DNA of 64,000 nucleotides from Nitrospirales bacterium (GCA_963422365.1 OY729426.1:448001-512000), one strand, 5' to 3'. Counted from the stretch's first letter, positions 17,862 through 28,743 are shown. Notes: generated by a model not told the origin, from the sequence alone. Numbers and translations: made by a program.

Positions 17862-19790
17862 ATGCGAATTTTTCGAAGATTTAACAACCTTCCGATTGAG
17901 AAAAAGCTCCTTCTCGCCTCGGTTATTCCTATTCTCACGCTCGGTGTCCTCAGCATCGTCACCTTTAATAGTGTTCAAACCTTTTCTCAAGATGAAGACC
18001 GGCTCAACCAAGTGTATCATATTCAAACTACTGCCGCCGACTACTTGCGACTGATTGTCGATTTAGAGACCGGCTTCCGCGGATTCGTCTTAACTCTCCA
18101 ACCAAAATTTCTGAATCCCTATCATGCAGCGAAACAGCGCGTGTTACAGGTTGGACGGACCCTTGCCCAAATGGTGGAACACGATAACAAACAACACGCT
18201 GAAATCTTGCAAGCGCAATCCCTGGTTCAAACGTTACTGAAAGATAAGGATCGTTTGATTGAACAAGCGAAGCTAGGCCATTCGGATCAAGCGCTTCAGT
18301 ACATCGAATCCGGGGCAGGACGGGGGCTGATGTTGAACATTCGAGAACAAATTGCTCGTTTTGATAAGCGGGAAGGCGATGTCTTACGACAGACCTTGGA
18401 ACGAGCATCGCATGACCGGGGCTTTCTTTTGAGTGTGATTGTGGGTGGAGGATCGCTGGCTCTTATCCCCATGGTGTTTGTTCTACGTCTTTTAGCGCAA
18501 TCGATTGCCGGTCCCTTGGTCACTCTGGCCAAATCTGTTGAAAACCGACCAGGCGGGACTGTCCCGGACGTCCCGATCTTAGACCGAGGAGATGAAATCG
18601 GTGACTTGACCAGAGTCATGCACGAGATGAGTCAGCAAATTCGAGAATTCATTGGTCAAATCCAAAAATCGGAAGCTGAGTTGCGCAACCTGAATATGGA
18701 CCTGTCGAATTCAGAATCCAAATATCGGGGAATTGTGGACCACGCCCCCTTTGGTATTTTTACCGCCAAGGACGGCCGAATTATTTTTTGTAATCGCCAT
18801 AATTGGATTCTGGCCGGACAAGATCCAGACGATCCCTTGGACCCGGAATGTATCTGGGATGCCATTCACCCCGGTGACCGCAACCAAGTGTATGGGTCGT
18901 TCTCGAAGGCGACGGGGCAACAGGTTCCCTTTGAAAATGTCTTTCGTTTTGTTCATCCCGATGGGACCACGCATAAGGTCCTGAGCCGCGCAATCCCCAT
19001 TAAAAATGGACAAGGGGGCGGTTCGCTGTATCAAGGCTTTAATGTTGACATCACCGCTTTTGAACAAATGAAGGAAACACTCAGCCGGACGGAACGCCTC
19101 GCCACCTTGGGACAGGTAGCAGCAGGCATCGCGCATGAAATTCGAAATCCCCTTGTTGGCATCGGCTCAACGACTTCGTTACTCATGGAAGATTTTCCGA
19201 ATGAAGACCCCAAACGACAGGACCTGCAAACGATCCTCAAAGAAACCCGCCGGCTGGACCGGATCGTGACTCAGATTGTCGAATACGCCAGACCTCGTGA
19301 CATCGTCCCAGGGTCATTTGAGATGGCCGCGCTTGTTGAAGAAACCTTGGACCTCTTACGGCATCCTGTCGACCAGAAACACCTCAACGTGACCGCGACC
19401 TTTTCCCCGGAACTTCCTGCACTCGAAGCCGATCGTGATCAGGTCAAGCAAGTGGTGCTCAACGCGATTCAAAATTCCATCGAGGTCTTAGGAGAGAACG
19501 GGACAATTCGGGTCGAAGCCCGAGAGGAATTACGAGACGGGTACAGAGGGCTGCTCACCACCATTCATGACAATGGGAAAGGAATCAGCCCGGAGGATCT
19601 CCCGAAAATTTTTGATCCCTTTTTTACGATGGGGAAAAGACGAGGTACAGGGTTGGGGTTAGCCATCTGCCGAAATATCATTGAAGCTCATGGGGGAAGC
19701 ATCCGGGCTGAGAGTCAAGTGGGGGTTGGAACCGTCATGTCCATCTGGCTTCCGTTAACCCTTCAACAACAACCCGCAACCGTGGCCTAA
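17862..19790 (+). CDS. Sensor histidine kinase (CHASE3-HAMP-PAS-HisKA-HATPase)
   Basis: DLETGFRGFVLT (CHASE3), DEIGDL (HAMP), IHPGDR (PAS), IAHEIRNPL (H box), DNGKGI, FDPFFT, GTGLGL. Confidence 0.93.
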   Translation: MRIFRRFNNLPIEKKLLLASVIPILTLGVLSIVTFNSVQTFSQDEDRLNQVYHIQTTAADYLRLIVDLETGFRGFVLTLQPKFLNPYHAAKQRVLQVGRTLAQMVEHDNKQHAEILQAQSLVQTLLKDKDRLIEQAKLGHSDQALQYIESGAGRGLMLNIREQIARFDKREGDVLRQTLERASHDRGFLLSVIVGGGSLALIPMVFVLRLLAQSIAGPLVTLAKSVENRPGGTVPDVPILDRGDEIGDLTRVMHEMSQQIREFIGQIQKSEAELRNLNMDLSNSESKYRGIVDHAPFGIFTAKDGRIIFCNRHNWILAGQDPDDPLDPECIWDAIHPGDRNQVYGSFSKATGQQVPFENVFRFVHPDGTTHKVLSRAIPIKNGQGGGSLYQGFNVDITAFEQMKETLSRTERLATLGQVAAGIAHEIRNPLVGIGSTTSLLMEDFPNEDPKRQDLQTILKETRRLDRIVTQIVEYARPRDIVPGSFEMAALVEETLDLLRHPVDQKHLNVTATFSPELPALEADRDQVKQVVLNAIQNSIEVLGENGTIRVEAREELRDGYRGLLTTIHDNGKGISPEDLPKIFDPFFTMGKRRGTGLGLAICRNIIEAHGGSIRAESQVGVGTVMSIWLPLTLQQQPATVA

Positions 19791-19792
19791 AC

Positions 19793-21187
19793 ATGCGAGC
19801 ATCGATTTTTGTCACCGATGATGATGAAGTCGTTCGATCGTCGATCACCCGCCGATTAACGCGCGACCAGCACGACGTTCGCAGCTTTGACTCTGGAGAA
19901 GCTCTTCTCGAGGGATTGGACCACGATATTCCCGACATGATCCTTCTCGATCTGAAAATGTCAGGCATGACCGGCATCGAGACACTCAAACATATTCGGC
20001 CCAAAGCCCCGCAAACGCTCGTCATCCTTTTGACCGCCTACGGGACCATTGAAGATGCCGTCGAAGCCATGCGATTAGGGGCCTACGACTTTTTGATCAA
20101 AAGCGTTGATCTTTCCGGTGTCGGTCCGGTTGTCGAACGAGCGATTGACTACTTGACCCTCCGTCGCCGGGTCAGTTTTGAAAGCCAAGACCGTGCCGGT
20201 CGATATGCACTCAAGGATCTCATCGCCAACAGCCCCGGCATGCGAGGGCTGGTCGCTCAGGTTCAAGAATTGAGCCAAAACGCGAAAACCACTGTCCTTC
20301 TCCAAGGTGAAACCGGAACAGGCAAGGAATTCATTGCCCGCGTCCTTCATCACAATGGGCCACGACAGGATGCGCCCTTTGTCGGCGTGAATTGCACGGC
20401 CATTCCCCAGGAATTATTTGAAAGCGAACTGTTTGGTTACGAACGAGGTGCGTTTACCGGAGCCGCTCAGCGAAAGCCTGGGCTCTGTGAACAAGCTGAA
20501 GGGGGGACGCTGTTTTTAGATGAAATCGGCGATCTTAATCATTCAATGCAAGCCAAGCTGCTTCGCGTCCTTCAGGAACGCTCCTTCAAACGGCTGGGGG
20601 GGCAAGAAGACATTACGGTGGATTTCAGGCTGATTGCCGCGACGCATCGAGAGTTGAAAAAGGAAGTGAGCCAAGGAGCTTTTCGGGAAGATTTATTTTT
20701 TCGGCTCAACGTCGTGTCTTTGGACCTTCCGCCACTGCGAAAACGCGTTGAAGATATTTATCCCCTGAGTCTTCACTGCTTGTTTCATCATAGCCGGGAT
20801 ATCAATAAAGACATTGGCGAGATCGACACGGGTGCCCGAGCACTTCTTGAGCGCTACGCGTACCCAGGCAACATTCGTGAGCTAGAAAACATCATCGAAC
20901 GAGCCGTGATCTTTTGTCATGGAAAAACGTTAACATCTGGGGACTTGCCCCGGGAACTCCATGGGGAAACAAAAAAAGTCATTTCATCCACCACTCAAAA
21001 CGACGAACCGATTCTCAGGTTGGAGATGGCGTTAGGGCAGCAAACATTGGCGGAAACTGAATTCACGATCATTGAGGAAGTAATGAAACTCTGTGGACAG
21101 AATAAAACGTTAGCCGCTCAAAAATTAGGACTCACTCGGTTTGCGCTGGACCGACGCTTGAAAAAAATCTCTGATGAATCGGAATAG
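19793..21187 (+). CDS. sigma-54-dependent response regulator (NtrC/AtoC family)
   Basis: Receiver domain; GETGTGKE; ESELFGYERGAFTGA; LFLDEIG; YPGNIRELEN; C-terminal Fis HTH. Confidence 0.95.
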   Translation: MRASIFVTDDDEVVRSSITRRLTRDQHDVRSFDSGEALLEGLDHDIPDMILLDLKMSGMTGIETLKHIRPKAPQTLVILLTAYGTIEDAVEAMRLGAYDFLIKSVDLSGVGPVVERAIDYLTLRRRVSFESQDRAGRYALKDLIANSPGMRGLVAQVQELSQNAKTTVLLQGETGTGKEFIARVLHHNGPRQDAPFVGVNCTAIPQELFESELFGYERGAFTGAAQRKPGLCEQAEGGTLFLDEIGDLNHSMQAKLLRVLQERSFKRLGGQEDITVDFRLIAATHRELKKEVSQGAFREDLFFRLNVVSLDLPPLRKRVEDIYPLSLHCLFHHSRDINKDIGEIDTGARALLERYAYPGNIRELENIIERAVIFCHGKTLTSGDLPRELHGETKKVISSTTQNDEPILRLEMALGQQTLAETEFTIIEEVMKLCGQNKTLAAQKLGLTRFALDRRLKKISDESE

Positions 21188-21253
21188 CCTGAGGCTGGTC
21201 CAGCACAAAACTGTTTGGAGAGCTTCCATTCGTGATCCAGGCCTCTCCCAGAA

Positions 21254-21688
21254 ATGCATCACGCCACACCCGTCGATCAAATGGACCCCACGACCAACAT
21301 CTATCAAATTGCCGGACTCGATCATTTGGGCCGAGGGTTTAATCGACGGGTCGAAATGAAAGTCATGCCTGAAACGGTTCAGGCCATTTTCCGGTATGAA
21401 CACTTTCTTCTGGAACCTGAGGCACAAGGCACCGAACGCGCCGCCGTCGCCATCCTCATCAGCCAATTACAGGACCGGGGCTACACCCAACTTCGCAGCC
21501 GTCTCCAATTTCGAGGAGAGGCGTATTTAGGCAATCAAGAACTGTGGGAAGAACACCTAGAGCCTGAGCCACGGGGAATACTGGCTCGACTGTTGCAGAC
21601 AATCCGAAGCACGTTCCACGGAGAAGACCACTGTCAAGTCTCTTCCTGCCGACGATTTCCAGAAAATTCCAAAAGTGGACGACCGTGA
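21254..21688 (+). CDS. Hypothetical protein
   Basis: 144-aa ORF co-oriented with the regulator; no recognised family. Confidence 0.6.
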   Translation: MHHATPVDQMDPTTNIYQIAGLDHLGRGFNRRVEMKVMPETVQAIFRYEHFLLEPEAQGTERAAVAILISQLQDRGYTQLRSRLQFRGEAYLGNQELWEEHLEPEPRGILARLLQTIRSTFHGEDHCQVSSCRRFPENSKSGRP

Positions 21689-21728
21689 GGTTGAAAGGGG
21701 TTGAGATAACACAGGCGGAGACAAGATA

Positions 21729-23141
21729 GTGGCAGAAGAAAATATGAAAATTTCTATTAAAAACTTCGGTCCTATTGCAGAGGCACAAGACATTGATCTC
21801 TGTCCTTTGACCGTTTTTGTCGGTCCAAGCAATACGGGGAAATCTTACCTCGCCGTGCTCATTTATGCTTTGTTTGAATCCTTTCAGACTAGAGAATATC
21901 TCCCTTTTCACCACAGAAGAAGAAAGAAGCACGAAGACATGCGTCTATCCGACTTTGGCAAAGCAATTTCGGCTGAAGTCAATGACTTCTTAACCCGATT
22001 AACCAAGGAGGGAATAAAAATAACAAACTTTCTTGATTTACCTGAAAAGTTGCAAAAGTTGGTCAAGGAAGAAATGGGACGAGAGCTTGCTCAAATGTTT
22101 TATCAAGAACTTCCTCGTTGTATGGGAACTTCCACAAAGGAAAATCAATTAATAACTGATAAATTCTTTTTGCATTTTGAAGACAATAAAAAAAGCTTCA
22201 AATTAAGTTCTTTAAATAAAAATGCCACTATGGAAATCAAGAATTTCCGTTTTGAGAAGGGGTATTTTCGCAGGTTTATGTCCCTTTCAAACGATATGCC
22301 AAACGAGATAAGAGCAGAGATATTTCTTGACAGTGTACTAGGAGAACTTGCCGGTTATTCCGATTACGTCTCGAAATCTTTCTATCTGCCTGCGGCAAGA
22401 ACTGGCATCATGCAAAGCCATCAGGCCATAGTCGGAGCACTGGTAAAACGAACTCCCTTTGCAGGATTAGAAGCTGTTTCTGTCCCTACCCTCAGTGGGA
22501 TAGTCTCTGATTTTCTACAGGAACTTATCAGTATGGACACAAGTCAAAAAAAGGGAAATACTATCTCTAACATAGCAGATGATATGGAAGAAAAGATTTT
22601 GAAAGGTTCCATTAAGACAAAACCTTTCGAAGCCATTCAATACCCACAGTTTTTATATAAGCAGAACGGACTGGAAGTCCCATTACTTTGTTCCTCATCA
22701 ATGGTCTCTGAGCTTGCTCCCGTTGTTCTTTTTATTAGACACAGAGTAGGGAAAGGCGATTTGTTGATTATTGAGGAACCTGAAGCACATCTACACCCTG
22801 AAGCTCAAAGAAACATTGCAGAAGTCGTTGTTCATCTGGTCCGTGCAGGTGTTCGGGTTATGGTAACAACGCACAGTGATTATTTTCTGGACCAACTCGC
22901 AAATCATGTTCGCTTGTCAAAATTGACGAAATCTAAACGGAGTAAATTGACTGACCGTCAGAATGCATGTTTACAAGAGGACGAAATTGGTGCCTATGTG
23001 TTTAGACGGCAAGAGGGAGGAACAATCGTTGAAAAATTGCATTTTGACCGGGAAAACGGTTTGTCCCCAGAAGACCACGATACGGTATCTTCAGATTTGT
23101 ATAACGAAACCGTTGGGATTCTGGAACAATTTGATCCATAG
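21729..23141 (+). CDS. ABC-like AAA ATPase (AAA_15/AAA_21, AbiEii/OLD-like)
   Basis: IKNFGPI, Walker A GPSNTGKS, YLPAARTG, SSSMVSELAP signature, IIEEPEAHLHP, TTHS; AT-rich. Confidence 0.85.
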   Translation: MAEENMKISIKNFGPIAEAQDIDLCPLTVFVGPSNTGKSYLAVLIYALFESFQTREYLPFHHRRRKKHEDMRLSDFGKAISAEVNDFLTRLTKEGIKITNFLDLPEKLQKLVKEEMGRELAQMFYQELPRCMGTSTKENQLITDKFFLHFEDNKKSFKLSSLNKNATMEIKNFRFEKGYFRRFMSLSNDMPNEIRAEIFLDSVLGELAGYSDYVSKSFYLPAARTGIMQSHQAIVGALVKRTPFAGLEAVSVPTLSGIVSDFLQELISMDTSQKKGNTISNIADDMEEKILKGSIKTKPFEAIQYPQFLYKQNGLEVPLLCSSSMVSELAPVVLFIRHRVGKGDLLIIEEPEAHLHPEAQRNIAEVVVHLVRAGVRVMVTTHSDYFLDQLANHVRLSKLTKSKRSKLTDRQNACLQEDEIGAYVFRRQEGGTIVEKLHFDRENGLSPEDHDTVSSDLYNETVGILEQFDP

Positions 23142-23153
23142 AATCGACAAAGA

Positions 23154-23627
23154 ATGAGTTTTATTGTCCAAACGCTAAAAAATACATTCGGTCAATGTAT
23201 CCGTAACTCTTGCAAAGATCCACATTGCACACTCAATTTGAGTGCCTTTCCAAATAAAAAGATCATTTTGGATATCGATTGCATTGCAGAACAAAGACCA
23301 TCCCACGTTCAAGGCAAAAGATGCGACTACGTAATTGTAGTCGAGGAAGGTGGCGTTATATTTCTTCTCCCCGTTGAGTTTAAGACTACTCGGGTGATTC
23401 CAGATGAGGTAAAGAAACAGTTGGAAGGTGGGATTAGGTTTTTTAAGAAGCACCACCAAAATCAATTCAACTGTTATCCGGTATTGGTCTCTAAAAGTCT
23501 CGGACGCCCAATCAGTAGAAAGCTTCAGCAAGTTTCAATAAGTTATAACGGGAAAAAAGCAAGAATTAAGCACGTTTTATGCAATCGCTCGTTGTCATGG
23601 AATAAAATAAGTGGTTGTTCTAGCTAA
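23154..23627 (+). CDS. Hypothetical protein with PD-(D/E)XK nuclease-like motif
   Basis: KRCDYVIV...PVEFK...KKQLEGG; AT-rich; 12 nt after the ATPase stop. Confidence 0.6.
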   Translation: MSFIVQTLKNTFGQCIRNSCKDPHCTLNLSAFPNKKIILDIDCIAEQRPSHVQGKRCDYVIVVEEGGVIFLLPVEFKTTRVIPDEVKKQLEGGIRFFKKHHQNQFNCYPVLVSKSLGRPISRKLQQVSISYNGKKARIKHVLCNRSLSWNKISGCSS

Positions 23628-23895
23628 GGGGTACGATTTGATCCATAACGCTGTGGACGACAAGGGGCAACCGGTCTGCGCGGGTGTTCAAGAATTCCCG
23701 AGGCCAAAGCCCGTGGGGTTGTGCGGATTCCAAGCCTGTCGTTCAAGCATCCAGAGTCTGCGTTTGCTGAGAAAAGTAGACTTGCGGTCTGGCGTCTTTT
23801 GTACCAATCGGGGGTGGGGTGGCCAAACTCATTCGTTGCCCTCCTGAAGCTACCCGAACAATCCGTCGGTTTTGAGCCTCCACACGTCGAACGGC

Positions 23896-24933
23896 TCACG
23901 CCTTTCTTAATCGACTGATACGATCCAGCACCTTCTTGCGGGTTGCATGGTAGTCTTTTTTGCCTTCGGTCAAGGTCAGAAACGTCCGGTAATGCTTGAC
24001 GGCGACATACCTGTTTCCCCGCACTTCGAGAGAATACGCCAAGTTCAGTTGAACCTCGGGGAGCTTGGGAGCCAATAACTCCGCTTGCCGAAGGGAATCC
24101 AATGCTTCGACGAATCGGCCCTGTTGTTGACTCACCAAGGCACGTTGCACCCACAATTGCGGCACCGTGGCATCCCGGGCCAGCCCTTCCACCAACGAGG
24201 CCCGAGCCTTCTCCCATTGGCCTAACCCCAATTGTGCCGTTCCCAACCAAAACCAAGGCTCCCAGGGTTCTGGAGGCTTGACAAACAGGGGCTGCAGGAC
24301 GGTCATGGCGCGTGCATATCGCCGGTTCTTAATGAAATATTGTGCGCGGGCTAACTTGCCTTGAAGGGAAGTGGCATTCCGAAGAAGTGGAGGAACACGG
24401 GTTTTCTGTTGACTGGATGACGCCGCATTGGCGTTGTCCATCGGTGGCGGGGCCGCTCTTGACGGAACACCAGGAGAGGAACGCGGGTTCCGAGCCAGTG
24501 CACGCTTGGCAATCGATGGGTTCGCCTCTGCCGACGGATTGGGGATTGTGGCCGAAGCCGCCTCCTTCGGCTTAGAAATGTCACTTGCCCCGACCAAAGT
24601 CGCTGCGAAAAACTCTTTCCGTTTTTCGGAAATCGACTCAACGATCTGAGACGGAACGTGTTCCACGGAACTCAATTCCTTCACCGCCTCATGCTCCGGG
24701 CTCACCTTGTCTGGATCTGTAATAAGGGGCAGCCCCCAGAGATAGGCCGCAATCCCAATACCCCCAAGTACGACCATGATGGATGACAGACGAAACCTCT
24801 GAGGCGGACGAAAATCTGGTTCCGGGGAATCGGCGGCTTCCGCACTCTCTGGCGCCACCGAACCCTTGGATTGCCGTGCGCGTCGAGCCCGTTCGGCCTG
24901 CAACCGGTTCAGCGCATCGGTGATAATACTCAT
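23896..24933 (-). CDS. Membrane-anchored TPR protein (MshN/GspB-like)
   Basis: MSIITDALNRLQ N-terminus, one TM, Pro/Ala linker, C-terminal TPRs; follows an ExeA-like ATPase. Confidence 0.75.
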   Translation of the reverse strand: MSIITDALNRLQAERARRARQSKGSVAPESAEAADSPEPDFRPPQRFRLSSIMVVLGGIGIAAYLWGLPLITDPDKVSPEHEAVKELSSVEHVPSQIVESISEKRKEFFAATLVGASDISKPKEAASATIPNPSAEANPSIAKRALARNPRSSPGVPSRAAPPPMDNANAASSSQQKTRVPPLLRNATSLQGKLARAQYFIKNRRYARAMTVLQPLFVKPPEPWEPWFWLGTAQLGLGQWEKARASLVEGLARDATVPQLWVQRALVSQQQGRFVEALDSLRQAELLAPKLPEVQLNLAYSLEVRGNRYVAVKHYRTFLTLTEGKKDYHATRKKVLDRISRLRKA

Positions 24934-25002
24934 GGCTCGTCGTTCGTCTTTCTTCTTCTGTCGTTGTTTTCTTTTCGGAAAAGACGTGTGTGTCTTGACG
25001 CC

Positions 25003-25836
25003 TTACGTCAGGCCGGTGATTTCCCGTCTTGCACGCAGGACCATGCGGAGGCTGACCTCGAATCGGCGGCTGGCATAGGCCGCAAGAAGGGAACGATGGC
25101 AAATCTGGTTAATCCGACGAGGCACCCCTCCGCTCAGGTAGTGCGTGAGCATCATGACGCTGGGAGGAAATTGAAACCGGGTCCGTGGGCCTGCGACCCG
25201 CAGGCGATACTGGATATACTGCAGGGTTTCTCGACAATCGAACGGCTTCAATCGAAATCGAATGCTGATGCGTTGCGACAGGGGGCGAAGCACTCGATGA
25301 GACAACGTACGATCGAGTTCGGGTTGTCCCACAAACAACAGGCACATGAGTTTTTCTTTTTCAGTATCCAGGTTTGATAACAGCCTGAGTCCTTCCAACA
25401 CTTTCCCGCTCAACCGATGCGCCTCGTCAACCAAGACCGCCACACGTTCACCCTGTTCGGCCAATCGCAGTAACGCGTGTGACAATGTCCGTTGCAGCGC
25501 CCCAATGCTGCGATCGTCCGGGACCTGCCCGGTGAGGTCCTGGTAAATCGAACTCAGAAGATCCACGTACGATTGATCGGGATTCAAGAGGTAGGCAAAT
25601 CGCACGCCTGTCGGCGGATGCCGCAACAGGTACCGACACACAAGGGTTTTCCCTACCCCGACTTCACCGGTCAACATCGTTAACTCACCACTGGCGATAC
25701 CAAATTGCAAATGCTCCAATGCGTGCAGATGCTGCTGCGCGCGGAAAAAGTAGTCGGTATCCGGCGTGATCTGAAACGGGGCTTCGGTAAAGCCCAGTTG
25801 TTTGTAGCACACATTCAGATCGAGTCTGTCCATCAC
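25003..25836 (-). CDS. ExeA/GspA/MshM family AAA ATPase
   Basis: GFTEAPFQITPD, GEVGVGKT, LVDEAH, LRLLSN, LFVGQPEL, SGGVPRRINQIC. Confidence 0.9.
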   Translation of the reverse strand: MMDRLDLNVCYKQLGFTEAPFQITPDTDYFFRAQQHLHALEHLQFGIASGELTMLTGEVGVGKTLVCRYLLRHPPTGVRFAYLLNPDQSYVDLLSSIYQDLTGQVPDDRSIGALQRTLSHALLRLAEQGERVAVLVDEAHRLSGKVLEGLRLLSNLDTEKEKLMCLLFVGQPELDRTLSHRVLRPLSQRISIRFRLKPFDCRETLQYIQYRLRVAGPRTRFQFPPSVMMLTHYLSGGVPRRINQICHRSLLAAYASRRFEVSLRMVLRARREITGLT

Positions 25837-27449
25837 GTCGCCTTCAGGATACGAGGCATGAGGAAGATGACGTGTTCGGTTTTTCTCTCGGCCTGATAGG
25901 TGCCTCTAAAGAGCCAACCAACCACGGGAATATCTCCCAGCAACGGCACCTTCCGTTCGGTATTCGTGAGTTGCTCTTGGATAAGCCCGCCGATAATCAC
26001 CATCTGTCCATCACGGACGCGGACCAGCCCGCCGGACTGTTTCACATCCAAAATCGGGGCGGTGGACCCATTGGCTGACTGCACGATATTGGTCAACCTG
26101 GTGATAATGGGCGACACATCCATCATGATCCACCCGTCTTGGGAAATCTGCGGAGTCACCGAGAGGACGAGACCCGAAGTCACAGTCCGCACTTGCTCCG
26201 TAATAATGTTTCCAGCCCCTGCCGTCCCTTGTGTCGTGGTTGAGGTAAAAAAGGATTGATCGGTCCCTACCTTAATCAACGCCGGTTGGTTATTCAGTGT
26301 CAGAATCCGAGGCTGGGACACCACCTGCACGTCACCCTGCTCCTGCAAGGCTTTGATCACACCTTCAAAATCGCCGTCATTAAAAGTAAAGGCCGCAGTA
26401 GCCGCTTGCGCGACAAAGCCACCGGCCGGCGCCGTGATGATGTTGGCAAGCTTAAAACTGCCCTTGAAGGCGCTGAGATCAATTCGACTCCAATCCAATC
26501 CTAGACTGTAATCGTCCCGGAGCGCGACTTCATAGATTCTGGCTTGGATCTCAACCTGCCGATAGAGTGAATGGCGGACATTGGCCAGAAACGCCGCAAC
26601 CTCTTCAACCCGCCGATGTAGATCCGTGACTTGAATGGTGCCGGACAAACGATTCACCACGAAGCGCCCTTCGGTCGAGAGGAGCGTGTTAAGCTGTGTT
26701 TCAATCTCTTCCCAAAACTTAATGTGGTCCTGTTGGCTCAATGTCACTTCACCCGCATCCTGCCCCCCGCTTCTCCCGGACCCGGACGTGACTTGTGCTT
26801 TATTGCGTCCCTCACCGGAACGTTCCAGACGAATGTAATCCATCGTGAAGATTCGTGTTTTCAGCCAACGCACGACAATCAGTTCTCCATCTTTTTCCCA
26901 ATAGTACCCCTGCGTATCCAACAGCGCAGCCATGGCTTTTCCCAGATCAAGGCCCTGAAAGTCGACCGTCACAACGCCTTCGACCCCTGGCTCCACAACA
27001 ATATTAAGGGTATTCGCCCGCGAGAACAGGCGTAAGGCATCCACCAACGGCATTTCCCGCGCTCGAAAACTAAAAACCCGGGCAGGCTTGGCGTCGGGAA
27101 AGGAGAGCCCTGAAGGGATTCCCAGCGACATTCGATCTTCAACAGAAAACGGCTGGTCTACGTTTGATGCAGGACTTTCCCGGGAGGCCATCTCCGTAGA
27201 ACGAGCATCAGGCTGAAGCTCCGGTGGCTTGGGGAATTCACTCTGAAGTCGCCCCGTCGACTTTGGGGCAGGGGGGAATAGGGGAACGGTCGTGCAACTG
27301 CCCACCATGAAGGCCAAGAGCACACTCAGCACAATGACCCCATACAATGGTCGCAGCGCCCCATCTTGCATCCGGTCACAAGAAAGACTGCGTGACGCTC
27401 TCATCAGCACGTGGAGGGCTGGAACTTTCATGATTCCTGGAATCTTCAC
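25833..27449 (-). CDS. mshL: Secretin, MshL-like (start uncertain, possibly 27371)
   Basis: Lipoprotein-like signal (..VGSC), QVEIQARIYEV, SQPRILTLNNQPALIKVG, GLVLSVTPQI, KVPLLGDIPVVGWLF. Confidence 0.85.
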   Translation of the reverse strand: MKIPGIMKVPALHVLMRASRSLSCDRMQDGALRPLYGVIVLSVLLAFMVGSCTTVPLFPPAPKSTGRLQSEFPKPPELQPDARSTEMASRESPASNVDQPFSVEDRMSLGIPSGLSFPDAKPARVFSFRAREMPLVDALRLFSRANTLNIVVEPGVEGVVTVDFQGLDLGKAMAALLDTQGYYWEKDGELIVVRWLKTRIFTMDYIRLERSGEGRNKAQVTSGSGRSGGQDAGEVTLSQQDHIKFWEEIETQLNTLLSTEGRFVVNRLSGTIQVTDLHRRVEEVAAFLANVRHSLYRQVEIQARIYEVALRDDYSLGLDWSRIDLSAFKGSFKLANIITAPAGGFVAQAATAAFTFNDGDFEGVIKALQEQGDVQVVSQPRILTLNNQPALIKVGTDQSFFTSTTTQGTAGAGNIITEQVRTVTSGLVLSVTPQISQDGWIMMDVSPIITRLTNIVQSANGSTAPILDVKQSGGLVRVRDGQMVIIGGLIQEQLTNTERKVPLLGDIPVVGWLFRGTYQAERKTEHVIFLMPRILKAT

Positions 27450-27713
27450 CGTTCTTTACCCTAGGGTGGTGCACTAATACACTCCTAATGTCACTCGTTT
27501 GTCAACCCGTCTGTGCTGCTGCACCATCGGCTCGGCGTGCAAGCGGACCGACGGCATAGGCTGGAAAGGCTCGCAAAAACTCTTCCGCAGAATCGGAGAT
27601 TTCGTTAAGAATGACCGTGCGAAGGCGGCGAGTTCCAAGATGCATGCACGACATACCCAATGAGGCCAAGACCCATGACAAAGACGACGCCTCCCATTGC
27701 CATGGCACACCCG

Positions 27714-28743
27714 TCAAGGCTCAGTTGCGTCGCGGCAGAGTGCTTTCGCTAACCAAGATTGGCAAACCGCGTCTCGGAACACGACCATCAGACACACGGT
27801 GACCAGTACACTCACAATACCGGCCAAAGCCATTCCCCGCATATGGGGAATCATCAACACCGCATTTAGTAACACGAGACTGAGTAATCCAAAAGTGAGT
27901 CCTACGAAAAACGCAAGAGAACCCAGGTTCTGCCCGCTTATGAGTTCGGCCCGAACCCCATACGGTAGAGACCATAAGAGCCACGGTCCAACCACGGTTT
28001 GAGGTAACGTGCCAGCCAAGGGCCAGGCCACCCCATACTTGGTCACCCACTCCTGTCGGTTCATCTCCCTGAGAGTCTAGACGTCTAGAGCCCGAACCCA
28101 GGTACAACCCATAGCACATCAGAAAGATTCCCATCCCTGCCACAGCTGCTAAGACCAGATGCCCATACCGTGGGAGTAGGGAAGGAAGAGAAAGTCCTCC
28201 TCGCAACCCACTAGCTTGAATGTCTTTCCAGTACTCCGGATTCAGCATCAAGATGCCGACCATCACAAAGATCCATGCCACGCCTCCAAAAAGAACGACA
28301 TTGACACTTCCAAGTGCGAGATGAAGGCCCCCGGACGGCCACCCAACCACACTCTCCAATATTTAGAGGCATACAACCCATAATACCCAATAAGGATGGC
28401 ACCAAGGACCACGATCCACATATTGCCGAGGAGGATGGCGGGATACAACACGGGGCCGTATACCGCTTGGACAAACAGGAGGGACGCGACACCTAAGACC
28501 ACGGCGGAAACCAGAAACGAAGGCAACATATTGGCCAATGCCGTACATACCCGTCGGTAGCGTTAGCGACCAGTCCTGTATCCCAGCCAATCAGTTACCA
28601 CCATAATGGGGGTGCCATCGAGAACGAGATTCATGAAGAGGGCATGAAGTAAAAACCCGACCAACGGGAATCCCTGCAAGATGGGCTCTGGGCCAGGCAA
28701 GGCTAAAGGATCGGCAGTGGGAATGTGCAGAGAGGAATTCAGG
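27714..28743 (-). pseudogene. Disrupted multi-TM membrane protein of a cytochrome c-associated (CydA-like) type
   Basis: Fragments join as IPTADPLALPGPEP..FLLHALFMNLVL..*..MLPSFLVSAVVLGVASLLFVQAVYG..GYYGLY / ..PRYGHLVLAAVAGMG / ..QTVVGPWLL; in-frame TAA at 28563-28565 plus frameshifts near 28330 and 28065. Confidence 0.65.
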
